A DNA stretch of 63,984 bases, filler included, from Conidiobolus incongruus B7586 (lineage: Eukaryota): NCBI GenBank assembly GCA_000697335.1. It is 9 parts of 9 records of this genome, joined end to end, with 100 filler letters (N's around TTAATTAATTAA, not from the genome) between each part and the next. Parts side by side here need not be neighbours in the genome. Positions count along the whole stretch, not along the records: positions 12,530 to 16,230 come from JNEM01000147.1; positions 16,331 to 26,550 come from JNEM01000150.1; positions 26,651 to 39,928 come from JNEM01000151.1; 6 more parts are not named here. One strand, given 5' to 3'. The notes under the pieces were generated by a model, which was not told the DNA's origin, made no database searches, and was given only the letters and a program-made list of their open reading frames with translations. The position numbers and the translations under genes are program-made. The stretch's first letter is position 1; each line of letters starts with the position of its first letter. Of this stretch, positions 14,920-29,100 are shown one piece after another.

Positions 14920-15348
14920 ATGTTTGACGATTATCGCATTGAGGAGCGTATGACTCAGGGTTTGCTCTCTCTATTTGTCGCATGGGCAATTCAGCAGCCT
15001 GCTGCAGATGCTATCCTTGGTTCAGGTCCTCACTCTACGTTGACTATGCTTTGTGTGATCAGCTTTCTAGTATCAAGTATCTGCTCCGAACCCGAATACT
15101 GGGAGGAATACCTCTCTCAAAAGTATGAAGTGCTCTCTATTCTCTTCCTATTGTTTGAACCTATTGTCTCACTCCTGATCTCTATCAGCTGGCTTTGGAT
15201 AGGACTCTCAGCAAGTGTTAGACTCATATATCAATTCACCACAGATCAAGTATGCAACATACAATTGGTTTGCTACTCAGCTATTTTGATCACAATTGGA
15301 ATTTGGTGGTGTCGATTCACTAGAATGCCGGAGTATTACAAATATTAG
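14920..15348 (+). CDS. Small multi-pass membrane protein of unknown function (142 aa)
   Basis: Intact ATG-TAG ORF, GC clearly above flanks, several hydrophobic segments, upstream TATA and CT tract. Confidence 0.7.
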   Translation: MFDDYRIEERMTQGLLSLFVAWAIQQPAADAILGSGPHSTLTMLCVISFLVSSICSEPEYWEEYLSQKYEVLSILFLLFEPIVSLLISISWLWIGLSASVRLIYQFTTDQVCNIQLVCYSAILITIGIWWCRFTRMPEYYKY

Positions 15349-18029
15349 CTCATTTCATAGATCGTCAATAGTATATAGAAAATCAACACTTTGATAGTGA
15401 TGGAGAAAAGCTCTCACTCTAGAGAGAGCACATAAGCAATATTTAATATTAATAACACAATCAAAATTAATCTAAATAGAATAAATAATTTCAACTTAAT
15501 TTTTCACCTCAATTTGCATGTCGGCTATTTTAACAGGGCAACTGCAAGTTTCTTGGGAATTATTCAATCATAACCTTTGAAAATTATTAAAATACATTTT
15601 ATTACGAGTATCATACAGGTCTATTATGTTTATATACTTTAACACACATTAAATCCTATAGTTATAATAACAAGTTAACAACATATTCTACTTTCTATAA
15701 TCATTATACATTCAATATATTTAATCCAACCTGAATGAATAATTTTCCTTATCAGACAAAATAACATTATTGAAATTCGCCAATGAAATTCAAGCAATTA
15801 CTACCAGTTGAAATCCTAATTAAATATTGATATTTTTTGAGCAATTTTTAAATATTTTTACATTAAAATTAGAAAGGAATTATTATAAATGAGATTGCTA
15901 TTATATTATTAGCGGTATATCTCTTACTTTTATAAATTTTTAATTTCATTTTAATTGTAACTTAAGTTAAATTTTGATTTGATAATGATAATTAGGAAAA
16001 TTTTTTATTTTATAAAAATAAATATCATTATTTAGGGAATACAGAAAATAAAGTAAAATTATATTAATAGAGATAATAGGTGTATTATTTGGTTTAAATT
16101 TAAGGCTTACCCAATTGAGTTACTTAATCAAATTGGATAATATTTACTAAATAATTCTATTTATTTAAATTCAACAAATATATGAAGCAATAATATATTA
16201 TTTTTTATATTTGGAAGTTGTTAACTTATANNNNNNNNNNNNNNNNNNNNNNNNNNNNNNNNNNNNNNNNNNNNTTAATTAATTAANNNNNNNNNNNNNN
16301 NNNNNNNNNNNNNNNNNNNNNNNNNNNNNNTAAATAACTAATTTTAAAAAATTAATTTTTTAATCAAAAAAATTATTATATATATATATAATCACTTATT
16401 TATTTTGTATATATTTATTTATTTCAAACTAATAATATATTTAAAAATCAGAAATTAAAAAATTTCCCATTACTTCAAATTCAAGGTAATATTAAGATAT
16501 TAATTAAAATAAATATTAAATTTTATTAAAGTATAAATTTTTAAATTTGAATTGTTTTAATTTGATTCTGGCTTTAGTTGAAGTTTTATACCATTAAAAT
16601 TGAATTCAGATTTCTTTTTGGCTTAAATATATATTTATTATGAGAAGATTATTATAGTTAAGTAATAGATTACTTGATGAATTGAATAAAAATCTGATTG
16701 TCTAAAATTTCCATTACAATATTAAGGTGCCTCTCTAAGTAATTTAGCTGTATAATTAAAAAGGGTAGTTTAATACCAAGTTTAGACTCAATAGGACAAT
16801 CAATAAATGCAAGTGATAGTTTTTTGGATTCAAATTTTAATACTTAAGTATTTCACTCATCGTCAAACTCAAATTCTATTATTTCTTGGCCACTTTCATT
16901 TTGCTATAATAGTAAAAAGCAATTCTCAATACTAATGATTTATCATATTAAATTCATACTTTAAGAATATAGTGTAATGTTACCAAATTATAATAATATA
17001 CAAACCAATATTATTATTTAATAAATTTAAATTGATATTTCAGTATGCTTGAATTATATTGCCTAACTTATGACAAAATTTTTCAACTTTATAATGTCAT
17101 TTTCTAATATGGCTTAGAGAATTATTCTTATTTATATTTGAATAAATATCAGTTAACAAGTTGCTTGACCTAATTAAATAATGATTGTAAACTTATTTAA
17201 GACTTGTTGCATATAAGTTTGTTTTATGATTTTAAAAAATTCAAACTGTTTTTATTATTATGTTTTTTTCATTACTAAATATTCATCTGGGCCTAAGTTA
17301 TTTTTTCAATTATTAATCTTGATATTAAACTAAATCATCAGGATACTCAGAGTTATTATCATATCACATCATATCCTTTAATTTGTTTATTTAAAATATA
17401 TTATTATTATTATTATTGTTATTTTATTAAAATTTTTAATAATTTGATAATAAGTAAAAATTATTTTAAGTTACAAATATTAGGTGATATAATATTATTT
17501 AACCAATATATAATAATTTAAAATTAATAATTTTTTTATCTTTCTAAGACAAAACTTATTTATAACAAAATCCTAATCATAACAATTATTAGTATGGTAG
17601 TTGAATTAAATTTGTGATACTAATATATCTGTTAGTATCCTGAATTGATCATTGATTATAGCATTAAATTTAAAAAATAACATTAATTTGATAAGCGTTT
17701 AAATATAATTATATAAGAAAAAATTGCAAAAACAATATTATCATTACATATTAAATATGAGTGTTTAATAATAGTATATCAAAATTGTTTCATTTATATA
17801 ATATAAATCATTTATTAAAATGCTAAAATTATAAAATGAACAATAATTTCATATTAATATCAGTGAAACAGAATAAGACTAGTATAATTCAATAAAAAAT
17901 TTTTGAAAATTTAAGTCAGCCAATTTTATGAACTATTCAATTATCATCTACAATCTAAAAATTTAAAATCAAGCAAAGTAATATTTCAAATCTTTTATTA
18001 TGTAATAATATAAACCTGTGAAATTGATA

Positions 18030-19112
18030 TTAATTGATTCTCTTATTAATATAAGCTTTGGTTTCATAATCAAATAAAAGAGATACCGCTTCAGAAAAGA
18101 TTACGAAAATAGGAGCTGCAAATATTTGTAAGAATGAAAGGTATCTGGGTGTCATATTGTTGGATACTGCACATGCAATAATTCCTACCAAGTCCCCTGT
18201 ATACATGTACCAGCCTAATCCCATTCCGGATAAAAGGGTTTGTGCAGCTACTGAAGCTGGGATGGTGTCAGCAATTCCTTCGATTTGCTTAGTTAACTCG
18301 GGCTTAGTTTCGTTTTCTTTGGCGAGACCTGGAGTATCTAAATTGGAAGGGAAGTATACTTGTAATTGGATACCGTCGTATAATTTGAGTTCGGTTCTGA
18401 GTACTTCAGCCAATCCCTTCAATGCAGCTTTGGATGAACCATATGCAGCATATCCTGGGATAGGAAAGAGGGCAGCAAGAGAAGAAACTAAAAGAATCTT
18501 GGATGGGTAATGGGGAGTACCATTTTCTCCGAATTGTTGACAAGCAAATAATAAGCTTTTAATCACATTCACAGGTCCCATAAAGTTGACTTTCATCATT
18601 CTTTCTTCAACATTGGAGGCCTGGGGGTCTTTGTTGGCAAACATGAATGGCTCAGCATTACCTGAGCATACAATAACCCAATCAATGGGTCCACTTTCTC
18701 TAAGAATATTAGTCACAGCTTCAAGAGTTTGCTCTCTATTACCGACATCGAATTTGGCACTACCAACAATAACTGAGCTATTTGGCTCTAGGCTATTTTG
18801 AACTTCTTCAACAGCATAGTCTAATCTGGACTTTCCTTTATCATCTGAATCAGTGCCTCGGGCGGTCAAAGTAACCTTGGAGGCACCTAATTTAGCAACC
18901 TGAATAGCAACTGCTTTACCTAATCCAGATGAGGCACCTACGACAAGAATATGCTTTCCTTGTACTTTTTTAGGGTTAATAGGTACTTTTAGAAGAGAGT
19001 AAGCGGCCCCTACTAAAGTGAGGAAAGAGCCAACAGGAACAATAATCGAAGCCGAGACGAGAACAGTTATCAACTCCCATAAGTGATCTCTAAACAGGGT
19101 AGTAAAGCTCAT
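18030..19112 (-). CDS. TSC10: 3-ketodihydrosphingosine reductase (Tsc10/KDSR-like SDR)
   Basis: GASSGLG NADP-binding motif, catalytic YGSSK, family-typical DTPGLAKENETKPELTKQIEG, N- and C-terminal hydrophobic segments. Confidence 0.8.
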   Translation of the reverse strand: MSFTTLFRDHLWELITVLVSASIIVPVGSFLTLVGAAYSLLKVPINPKKVQGKHILVVGASSGLGKAVAIQVAKLGASKVTLTARGTDSDDKGKSRLDYAVEEVQNSLEPNSSVIVGSAKFDVGNREQTLEAVTNILRESGPIDWVIVCSGNAEPFMFANKDPQASNVEERMMKVNFMGPVNVIKSLLFACQQFGENGTPHYPSKILLVSSLAALFPIPGYAAYGSSKAALKGLAEVLRTELKLYDGIQLQVYFPSNLDTPGLAKENETKPELTKQIEGIADTIPASVAAQTLLSGMGLGWYMYTGDLVGIIACAVSNNMTPRYLSFLQIFAAPIFVIFSEAVSLLFDYETKAYINKRIN

Positions 19113-22100
19113 ATTTATATAATTATACTATTATGTGATTAATAAGTTAGTTAATATTAATTATATTTATATTTGTTACAATATATTTGGGCTATTATTT
19201 GAATACTATTACTAAATAAAGAGGGTGATGTCAAGATTTTATACAATTGACTAAATTTATATTAAAAAATTCTATCGGTAATTTATGATGAAAACTTATC
19301 AATCCACCTTCATCTGGGTTTCAACCTGAATTTAATTAAATTTTAGCGATTAAAATCAATTTTTAAAATATCAAAAGTATTTATTTAAATAATGGTTCGG
19401 TTACAAATATATCATATCATATTAATTAACAAAATTTCACACTATTTCAAATAAAAAAAATCTTATTAATATATTAATTATCGGGTTATCTGACTGGTTG
19501 TGGTAGTTATATGCTCTGATTTACTATTACATTTTCAAACTTTATAAATCTAACTTTATAGTATTGCAACAGATTAAGCCCACCATTACCTTTATATAAT
19601 GCATATATCCCTTAATACAAATTTTAACATTGATAAAAGGAATTTTTCAAATGATTTTAGTACTAAAATGAAAGCATATAATAATTAATGGATATATTAG
19701 CTTGTAATAAGATATTACGTTTAAGTTTATAAATACAACTACTGTTGCTGAAAAATTATCATTCTCTTAATAAATATAGAGATAATAATGATTATATCTT
19801 CAACTTGAACAATTATTATAACCATTTATTAAAAATACATCAAGCTAAGTATTACAACTTCAATTAGTATTTTTGTATAAAGTTATTTTTAATAAGCTAC
19901 TATTTCTAAGAAAAATGATATTTTTAACATGAAAATATAGTTTATTATAAAAGACATATATAACATCTCGATATTTTGAAGTTTTTATAAAATGAATTAT
20001 ATATAGATATTCTGAAATCAGTTTCATTATAAAATTTACAAGATTATATTTATTTCATTTTTTTAAAATATTTAATTTTGATTTTTTTATTTCATCTTTA
20101 TTATTCAATATTATAAATGTCAAACTTATTTATAAATTCTCTGCGAGGTTTATGATATATACTCAACAATTTTAATCAAATATTAATTTATAATTTCATT
20201 TTATTATAATATCGGGTAAAATTTCTGAAATTTTAATATTAAAAAATTTATTTTTGAAAATTAGTTGTATTGGAAGAAAAGATATAATTATATATCTATT
20301 TTTGCATATATGTAGCCATATTTTAATATATTTTAATTATTATTACAAAATCAATTTGAAATAATATAACAATTTAAAATTTTTAATATAAAATATTGTT
20401 TCCAAGAAATAATTATATCATATTAACCTCAATAGTTGAAATTTCATATTACAATTTCCTATTTCCTGTATTATTTATAAACAATACAATAATATTTGGT
20501 ATTAAATTAATTACAAGTTTATAATCCAAGAAATATTATAAAAGAGATAAAAAATCATTAAAAATTTGGTATCAATGAATTTTAATAATATTTTAATCAT
20601 ATTCTCTCCTTTACAGTATATGGAGAAGTTCATTATTCGGAACTCATCTAGCAATAATCTCATGTAAATTTTCCTTGCTCATCAGAATCAGTTCCTTTAT
20701 CATTCAAGCTTATTTTAAATGTAACAATTTTAGCTATCTGATTAGTAAGTATATATTTAAATCAGATGAATCACAAATCACAAAGACATGCTTCTGCTGT
20801 ACTTTTTTGGAGTAGATTGGTTCTTTAGAGTATAATAACTTGTACCTACCATGATTAGAAAAGATTAAAATGAAATAATAAATGAAAAGTTAAAACAGCG
20901 GCTAGCTCACCCAAATAACCTCGGATTAGTGTAGTAAAGCTAATATTGGATATAGATATATTGTAAGGTAAATATTTTATTAGACTAGTCAATGTTTGTC
21001 AAATGAATTATATGATCTTATTACTTGTGCCAAGTTTCAGCGAAGTGAAAACTTAAAGGATGGGAGATTACTCTTGTGAATGGAATTTTGTGTAGATATC
21101 CATATAACAAATTATTATAGAATTGAATAAAAACCTTTGAATTTAATACAAAGTTTAACCAATTAGGTAATTATATCTATTTACTTTCTATATAACTATT
21201 AAAATCTCTAATATATTATCCATTGATTTGTAATTTTATATTTATATTATTCAATAAAATTATCACATAAAATTTTGAATATTTTAATATAAATTATTGT
21301 TAAACTTCAATATTCACTATTATGAAATATTATCATTTTATATTATAGTTATTTAAAAATAATTCAAGATATAAATTTCATATAATATTTGATCAATTCA
21401 AAAACACTTGAGTAATCATAATGAATATAATGTTATTAATACAGATTATTATAAAAAATGAAATATTATTTACTTCAATAATTGAAGATAGTTCTAAAAA
21501 CAATTCAAATATGGTATAAATATTATTTACTAATATTTCTATAGATTGATATATTTTATTTCATTTAAAATAAATTATAATCTATTTAATAATTAATAGA
21601 TTCGATAAACAACATAATTATATTATTGTTATAAAATTATAATATTAGAATACACGATCATACGGTTATATAATTAAATAGATACTACCATATTTCTTAA
21701 AAAAATTATATATTTTGAAAACTTTCAAAACTAAATACTGATTCCAATAGCTAAAATAATATGAACTTTTAATGTTTAATATTGCAAGTTTAATTGATAT
21801 TAGCATTGCAACGCAAGTCATGTAAATTCGATAAAACGATCCAAAGGTGGATTGCAAGATATTTTAACAGAGTTTTATTGAAATGGCAATATGTAGACCT
21901 TGGCTTTGATTGAAATGATTCAGGAGCAAATATATGCTCAGCAGTGATTTTGATGTGTAATCTGTCCTTACGATAATGTGTTGGATCACTGATTATAGTT
22001 ATTGTCCGGAATTTTACATTGCACAAGCATTTTGAATGGTACTTGTATGTGGATTAAAATTCGGGATAGTGACGGACTGTTTATATTGAATTGCTAGCAA

Positions 22101-22224
22101 ACTGTTCAATCCGCTAAAATATTTTGCCAATCTGAGAATCAAAATCCCATAAATTGTACAGTTAGAATTAAATTATAAAAAATGTGACTTAATTTTTTTA
22201 AATATCAATCTAATCAAAACAATA

Positions 22225-23176
22225 ATGGATCTAATTAAACAATTCAAATTTGAAAAATTATTAAGTGAAGATATCAGCAATAAATCTTTTCATTTATTAG
22301 GTACCATTACCAATGAATCTAATAATCAGGAGGAGAAGGCTATTATCAGTGTAGAAAAACTACCATTTGAAAACGATCAATTTTCCACTTTGTTTAGTGA
22401 ATTTATCTCTCAAATTGATTTAATCGATCACAATGATATTTATTACTGGTTGAAGGGAAATACCATTCCTTCAAAGTTTAAAGATGTTAAGGTTAATTTA
22501 ATATATCCTGCTACTGAAAAGGTAATTTTTTATAGCATTACTCTGATAAAGCTATTCAAATCTATTTTTTTAGTTAATTTTAAAGTATAGCACTCAAAAT
22601 ACCTTCATGATTGAGGAAAGCTATGATCTTTATCAAAAAGTAGTCAAACCAATTATTTTGAGTACCCCACCTGAGACAACCAATTGGGTAGACAATATCT
22701 TAGCAGGAATTAAAGAAGCTGATAAGGTGATCTATTCAGATCCAGATCCCCAAACTGGTTTCATTTTATTACCTGATATGAAATGGGATCAATCAAACCT
22801 ATTCACCATGTATTTGCAAGTAATTGTAAGACCTATCATCCACAGCATTAGAGATTTGAACGATAGTCATTTGCCTCTATTGAACAATATTTATAAAGCC
22901 GTACCTAAAACAATATATGAAAAGTATGGTGTTGAAAAGAATCAAATTCGAATGTTTTTCCATTATCAGCCTACCTATTACAGACTTCACGTTCATATTA
23001 CTCACATTCAGTTTAATACTATGAAAGGAATGACTGTCGGCCAAGCCCATTTATTAGACACAGTGATTGATAATATCACTAATATTGATAAAAATTACTA
23101 TCAAAAGTGCACTCTCCATTATTCTTTAGGTGAAAATAACCCTATTTACCAAACTATTCGACAACAGCAAAATTGA
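22225..23176 (+). CDS. DCS1: m7GpppX scavenger decapping enzyme (DcpS/Dcs1, HIT family), 2 exons (22225-22521, 22574-23176)
   Basis: NDIYYW, LIYPATEK, GFILLPDMKWD, SIRDL, FHYQPTYYRLHVH. Intron 22522-22573 restores the frame (PATEK|LILKY). Confidence 0.92.
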
Positions 23177-26100
23177 TCCTGTTATAATAGATTTGAATAA
23201 AATTTTGAAATTTTATTATACTTGAACTTTTTTTCTTTAATTCATTGAAATATATATATTATATATATAAACATTTGATTAAACTTAAATATTATCAAAA
23301 CTTTGACACTTGATACAAATTTTCATTTACTTTTATAACTTGTATTGATTAATAATAAATTTTATAAAAATGTGTAATTAAACTCCTACAGATTATAAAT
23401 TCTTGGCAATACTATATATTGTGTGTGAATTTTCTCAAAATCATCCAAAATATAATGATTTATCTAAGCAAAGTTTGTGCCAGGTTCAGATAAATTTTCA
23501 GTGAATATATGAGATGCATTCTAACAAAATTGAGTCGATTTGCTACAACGCTGATATTCAAAAGTGGTCATAATTATTATAGAGGATCAGCGATAGAGAG
23601 TTAGTAGGCTTAGTCAGCACAGTAGATGCTTAAAACAAAACAAATATTCCAGATTGGGACTGAGAGAAATCATTTAGGACTAAATATATAGCTTCTATGA
23701 CAAAAGCGGAGTTCCTGAATTATTCACCAAGGCAGCGATAATTACAGCACTCTAAATATTGATGAATGCAAGGATTATATTTTTTTCTACTTGCATTAAC
23801 AAAGACTACATGTGTATTTCTGTAGGAATATTAGGTCATCTTATAAACTTCCACTCCTATAACAACATACCAAAATAATCTATTGGTATAGTTGACATCA
23901 AATTAAGAGATTTCAATATAGCTCCAAATCATAAACAACTTGGTGATAAAACATAAATCCTTAGTCTTTATCGGCTATTATGCAATATCTATTCAAAAAA
24001 TCAAAGTTAAGAATATCAGGATCTAATTAAAGCATTCACTTTTTAAAAATTTCTAGTTGAAGATATTGATAATACATAATTCTATTGATCAGGCAGAATT
24101 ATCAATATCACTGATAATCATAGATTTAAACATGAGTCATTTACCACTATCGAATAAAACTTATTAATTTATACTGAATACACAATATTAAAAATATGAT
24201 GATGAAACGAATCAAATTTGAATATTTTCTCGCAATTACCCAATTTACTTAGCATTTTTCACTCATTTTACCTATATTCATTTTAATCATTTGAAGGGAA
24301 TGACAATTAAATTAGTTCATTAAATACCGCTTGAAGAATTCTATACATATTCATAAAAATTCTGTTTCACAAAATGATTTGATTAGATATTAATCTATTT
24401 ATAAAGCCATTTAACAAAATTGAGTAAAATTTTAAAGCTTTTGTATGCTTTTTTTCTATATTTTTATATATCTTACAAGATTTTGATCAAATTAAAATTA
24501 CAAGTGACTTTATATAGTTCCAAGTAATAACAATATAATGATTACCATGAGACAACAATAAATAATTTGATAAAGCATATGCCAAATTATTGTTATTCTA
24601 AAATGCTATGGTAAATAATATTCACTTTATTATTAATTGTTATTTAGTATTTAATATTTATTATATTTGATTATATAAAATCTCATTATTATATAAATTA
24701 AACATAATAAGATAATATATCAAAGCTTTAAATAAATTGATTAATAATACAAATAATATAGATATATAAAATATAAATTAAGAATAGAAAAATAAGTTTT
24801 GTGATTTTTTAATTTGTCAACGATATCATTAATTTTAAGAGAATAAATGATAAAATCTATAATTTAAAGCCAAATATATAAATATAATTTTTTTCATCAA
24901 AAAATTTGATTAAAAAAATTCATTATTTACTTTAAAAAAATATCATCAAAAGTCTTCTATTATATTGTTATTAAAACTCAACCATAAACCCTATAAAATC
25001 AATTAATGTTTATACACAGCTTAAAAAGATAATGTTATATATAAATATACTATTTATTATTTGATTTACCATTTTATTGCTAGAAAGGATATTATTCAAA
25101 ATTTTTTATATTTAAAAAATTTATGTCTATTATTACTTTTCAATAACTTATAAAATAAAAAATATACTTAAAAATATCATTTTATTTCAGTTAAAAAATT
25201 ATCTAAGTAATTTATTAATAATTATATAAGTATATTATATATACTCAAATTTAAACTAAGATTAAAAATTAAAATATAAAATAAATACCATATAATTTGA
25301 AGAGTTTAAAAAATTTAGAATTAATTATAGCTGAATAAACCTGATTAAAATATTACCTAAAACAAGGGTTTCTATAATGAACTATTATAATTGATATATT
25401 TTATATAATATAATAAAATCTTTAGCTTATAAATCAAATAGAATATTAAGATAAGCTAAAACAATCCCTCTTATATACTCTAATAAACAAATATTTTATT
25501 AATATGCAAAAGTTAATTATTATAATAAGTTATAATGATATAAGGCTTTTTTATATAGTGTTTAAAGGTAAACTAATAAAAATAAGTTTTATACTATTTT
25601 GTTAAATAAAATTTTGTTTAATTAATATTTTTATTATATATTAAAAACACTCATTATTTTGAATAATAATTATAAAATATATAAAGCTAAACTTATTTAA
25701 GATTTTTTATATAAAAAAATTAGAAAAAGCTATCATATTTAATATATATACTAAATCATAAGCATTATGATTATAATTATTTTAGGGAATAAGAAATATA
25801 TTTATAAGAAAAAAAACCTTTTAAATAGATTAAATTGGTTTATGAAATAATAAACTTCAGTCTTTAATAAAAAGAAATATATTTAAATATTAAATTCTTG
25901 CCAAAAGTGTGACAAAAAGTTATTATTGATAAACAAAAATAATAATTTTATAATATATATTAAACTTTATAAATCATATATTAAAATTTTTATTTAGTTT
26001 TAATAATAAAATTATGCTATTATTTAATTTTTGTACTAATAATAGATTATTTTATATTATTCAAATTTTTAATAATTTTATAAATTTTGATTTTTTATTG

Positions 26101-29100
26101 ATATAATAATACTATTTAATATACCAAAATTTATGAAATTAAATTATATAATAAATTACTAGACTATTTATATAAAATAATATTTCAGAAAATTTGATTT
26201 AAATAGATAATTATTAAATAATATATAATTAATTAAAATAATATAATATATATATTATAGTTTTCATTTAAATTAATTGAAAAAATAAAGATAGATTTTA
26301 GATAATTAAAATATTTAGAAATAAGAAAGCATTATTAAAATATAATTAATTATAAAATCTTTTATAATATTATATTATAAATTAAAAATCTCGCGTTGTT
26401 TTGTATTATTTAATATATACAACAAAGTATTAAATTAAAATTTCTACTAAAATAAATATTACAAATATACTGTTATTTATAAATATATATTAGTTTTTAT
26501 TTAAAATTAAAGTTAAAAATATTTTAATTTGAAAAAAAATTATTATATATNNNNNNNNNNNNNNNNNNNNNNNNNNNNNNNNNNNNNNNNNNNNTTAATT
26601 AATTAANNNNNNNNNNNNNNNNNNNNNNNNNNNNNNNNNNNNNNNNNNNNAAATAATAAGAAATAAGAGGAAAAAAAGAAACAATTTTATTTATTAGAAT
26701 AAACATAAATAATTAAAAAATTAAATTAATTATAAAAGTATAAATTTTTTGATTAATTTAAAATTAAATAAATTAAATATAATTATATATAAGAATATAA
26801 ATAACTACTTTGCTAATCAAATTTATTATTAAATTTTAAACAAATATAATTTAATAAAAAATAATTATAATAAAATAGATAAATAATTGAAAAATATTAA
26901 CTCATTCGTATATTTGACTTATAAATCATTTTTTAAAGTAAATAATATGTTTGATAAATCAGAAATTAAAATATTTATTTGTTTTTAAACTAATATTATA
27001 GTTAACTAAAAAATAACTTGCTTGACTAAATTTATCTTATAATTTTTTAATTTTGGAGATATAATCCCAGAACACCTATCATACCACTAAGGTTTAATTT
27101 TTTAAAGACTTAGTATATTTTTTTATACTTCTTATTATCAATAAATTATTTATAGCAGAACCATTATAAGGATAATTCTTATTATCATCCCTAGTCTTTT
27201 ATAAAACTTATTAAGTTCTTATCAGATCCTAATAAAATATCTTAATCCAAACCACCAAATAAATTGCAAGCAAGCCATTCCTTTCCTTATTATCAATATT
27301 TTACTAATAATTTATAGAACCAAAATATATAAGTACAATATATTATAAATGGTTTGGATATTTAAAAATAACTTTATTAAGATTAAATATTTCAAATAAT
27401 TCATTATCAAATTTCATTTGAATCTTATATAAAAACTAATTGATTAAACATATTTTTATATTCAAAATTTTTTCACGAATAATATAATATTACCAATGAT
27501 TTCATTTGATTCTCAAGAATTTATTCTCGGTTGAGGTAGTAAACATTATTTTTAAGTTATCTTTATTATCATGAGAAATTTTTTATTATATATGTTTAAA
27601 AAATATTTTCTTCAAGTATATTCAGAATAAAGATTATATTATTATATAGCAAATTCGAGTATATTTCATCTATTGATACTATAATATACCTTGAACTTCC
27701 AATTACTTAATATTATCAAAGCTTCTAAATAATAGTACTTGCGTTCAAATAACCACTTAAACAAAGCCATTTAAGACAATAAAAACATTATATACTAATA
27801 TATATGATAAGTTTATTGTTTGACATTAAATCAAATTTTTCAATATTTGAAATCTATATACTGTATAAGATGTTTATACATTCGCTCGATAATTATGTCA
27901 ATATTTTTTCAAAGCATATCAAATTCATTTCATTTACACGGTTTTATTTGATACCATTAGTTTTTCAATTTATCTACAACCAAAGAAGAAAATTCAAGTA
28001 TATTGATATAATATGTTAGATAAAGATTTTCTTTTTCATAATAAAGAACTCATAGTTCGATATCTTTGTTTTATATTATGTTGTTTTAAATATTTGAAAA
28101 AGATTAAGTGAGCAAGTTTTGACAGGATTCGTTGTTTTTCCTTATAATTTAATGCATGAAAACATTAAAATATCAATATATTAGCTATAAATAGAGTTTG
28201 ATTAATTGAAATTAATTAAGTATTTTAAAACAATATAAAATGTCTGTTTAATATTAATAAATATTCAGGATATAATTTTAATTATCAATTTTAAGAAATT
28301 GTAATTTAAAATTTATGCACAAGTTTAACTCTTCTGCTGATTAGATTTAAGACAGAATGATTAAAAAAATATAGATTTCAGAGTATTTATTCATAATGTA
28401 TATTAATTTAGACCCCATTTATAATCAACATCAAAAAATCAAATGATGTATATTATAAATTAATCATATTACGTTTTTGTTGAAACATGTTTCCAAGCAA
28501 TTATTTGCATCGAATTCATTAGTAATAATGAAAAAATCGCGACAAAATCATTCGAAATCACTGTAATAAAATTTTATTCAAATTTAAAATGATATTAGAT
28601 GTATATTGAAAACAAACAGAAAATATATTGTGATTTTATGAATGACAAAAATAATAAAATATATAACAATATACATAATAAACTTCAAAATTTAATATAC
28701 CAAATCCTATCTAGTTCTCTTACACAACTTAAAATTATTTTCTTCAACTAGGTAAACTACGTAAAAAAAGAGACAGCAAAATTTAGGCAAGATTATAAAA
28801 GTAGATTAAATAATAGCATACCAATTTTAAGAATACAGGAGGATCTTGATTCAAAAACAAATAATTGAGTTTTTATCTCATCATAAATTTTAAACAGATT
28901 GGACATTAAAAGTAAACATTAAATTTCAATTTGATATTTTCGTAATATTGGAAAAATACTGTTTTCAATTCTGAAATAGATACGTGTAAATTAGTAGTTA
29001 TACAATATAACTAGTCAAAATGGCATAAAAATTTCATTAAAATTAAATATTAAATGGGGAAAAGGTTAATATATTTTTAATTTAATTCATCAATACATTG

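Noticed and set aside
18157..18801. Plus-strand ORFs inside the TSC10-like gene (likewise 2257-2439, 36561-36764, 37736-37918, 37829-38086, 50651-50845, 50858-51058, 51281-51469)
   Set aside because: Antisense or alternate-frame shadows of real coding regions.
21666..22026. Short ORFs upstream of DCS1 and other 60-90 aa ORFs (27804, 30566, 38826, 46797, 47339, 50386, 51793)
   Set aside because: Mostly non-ATG starts, I/F/L/N/K-rich composition expected from random AT-rich DNA, and no motifs.
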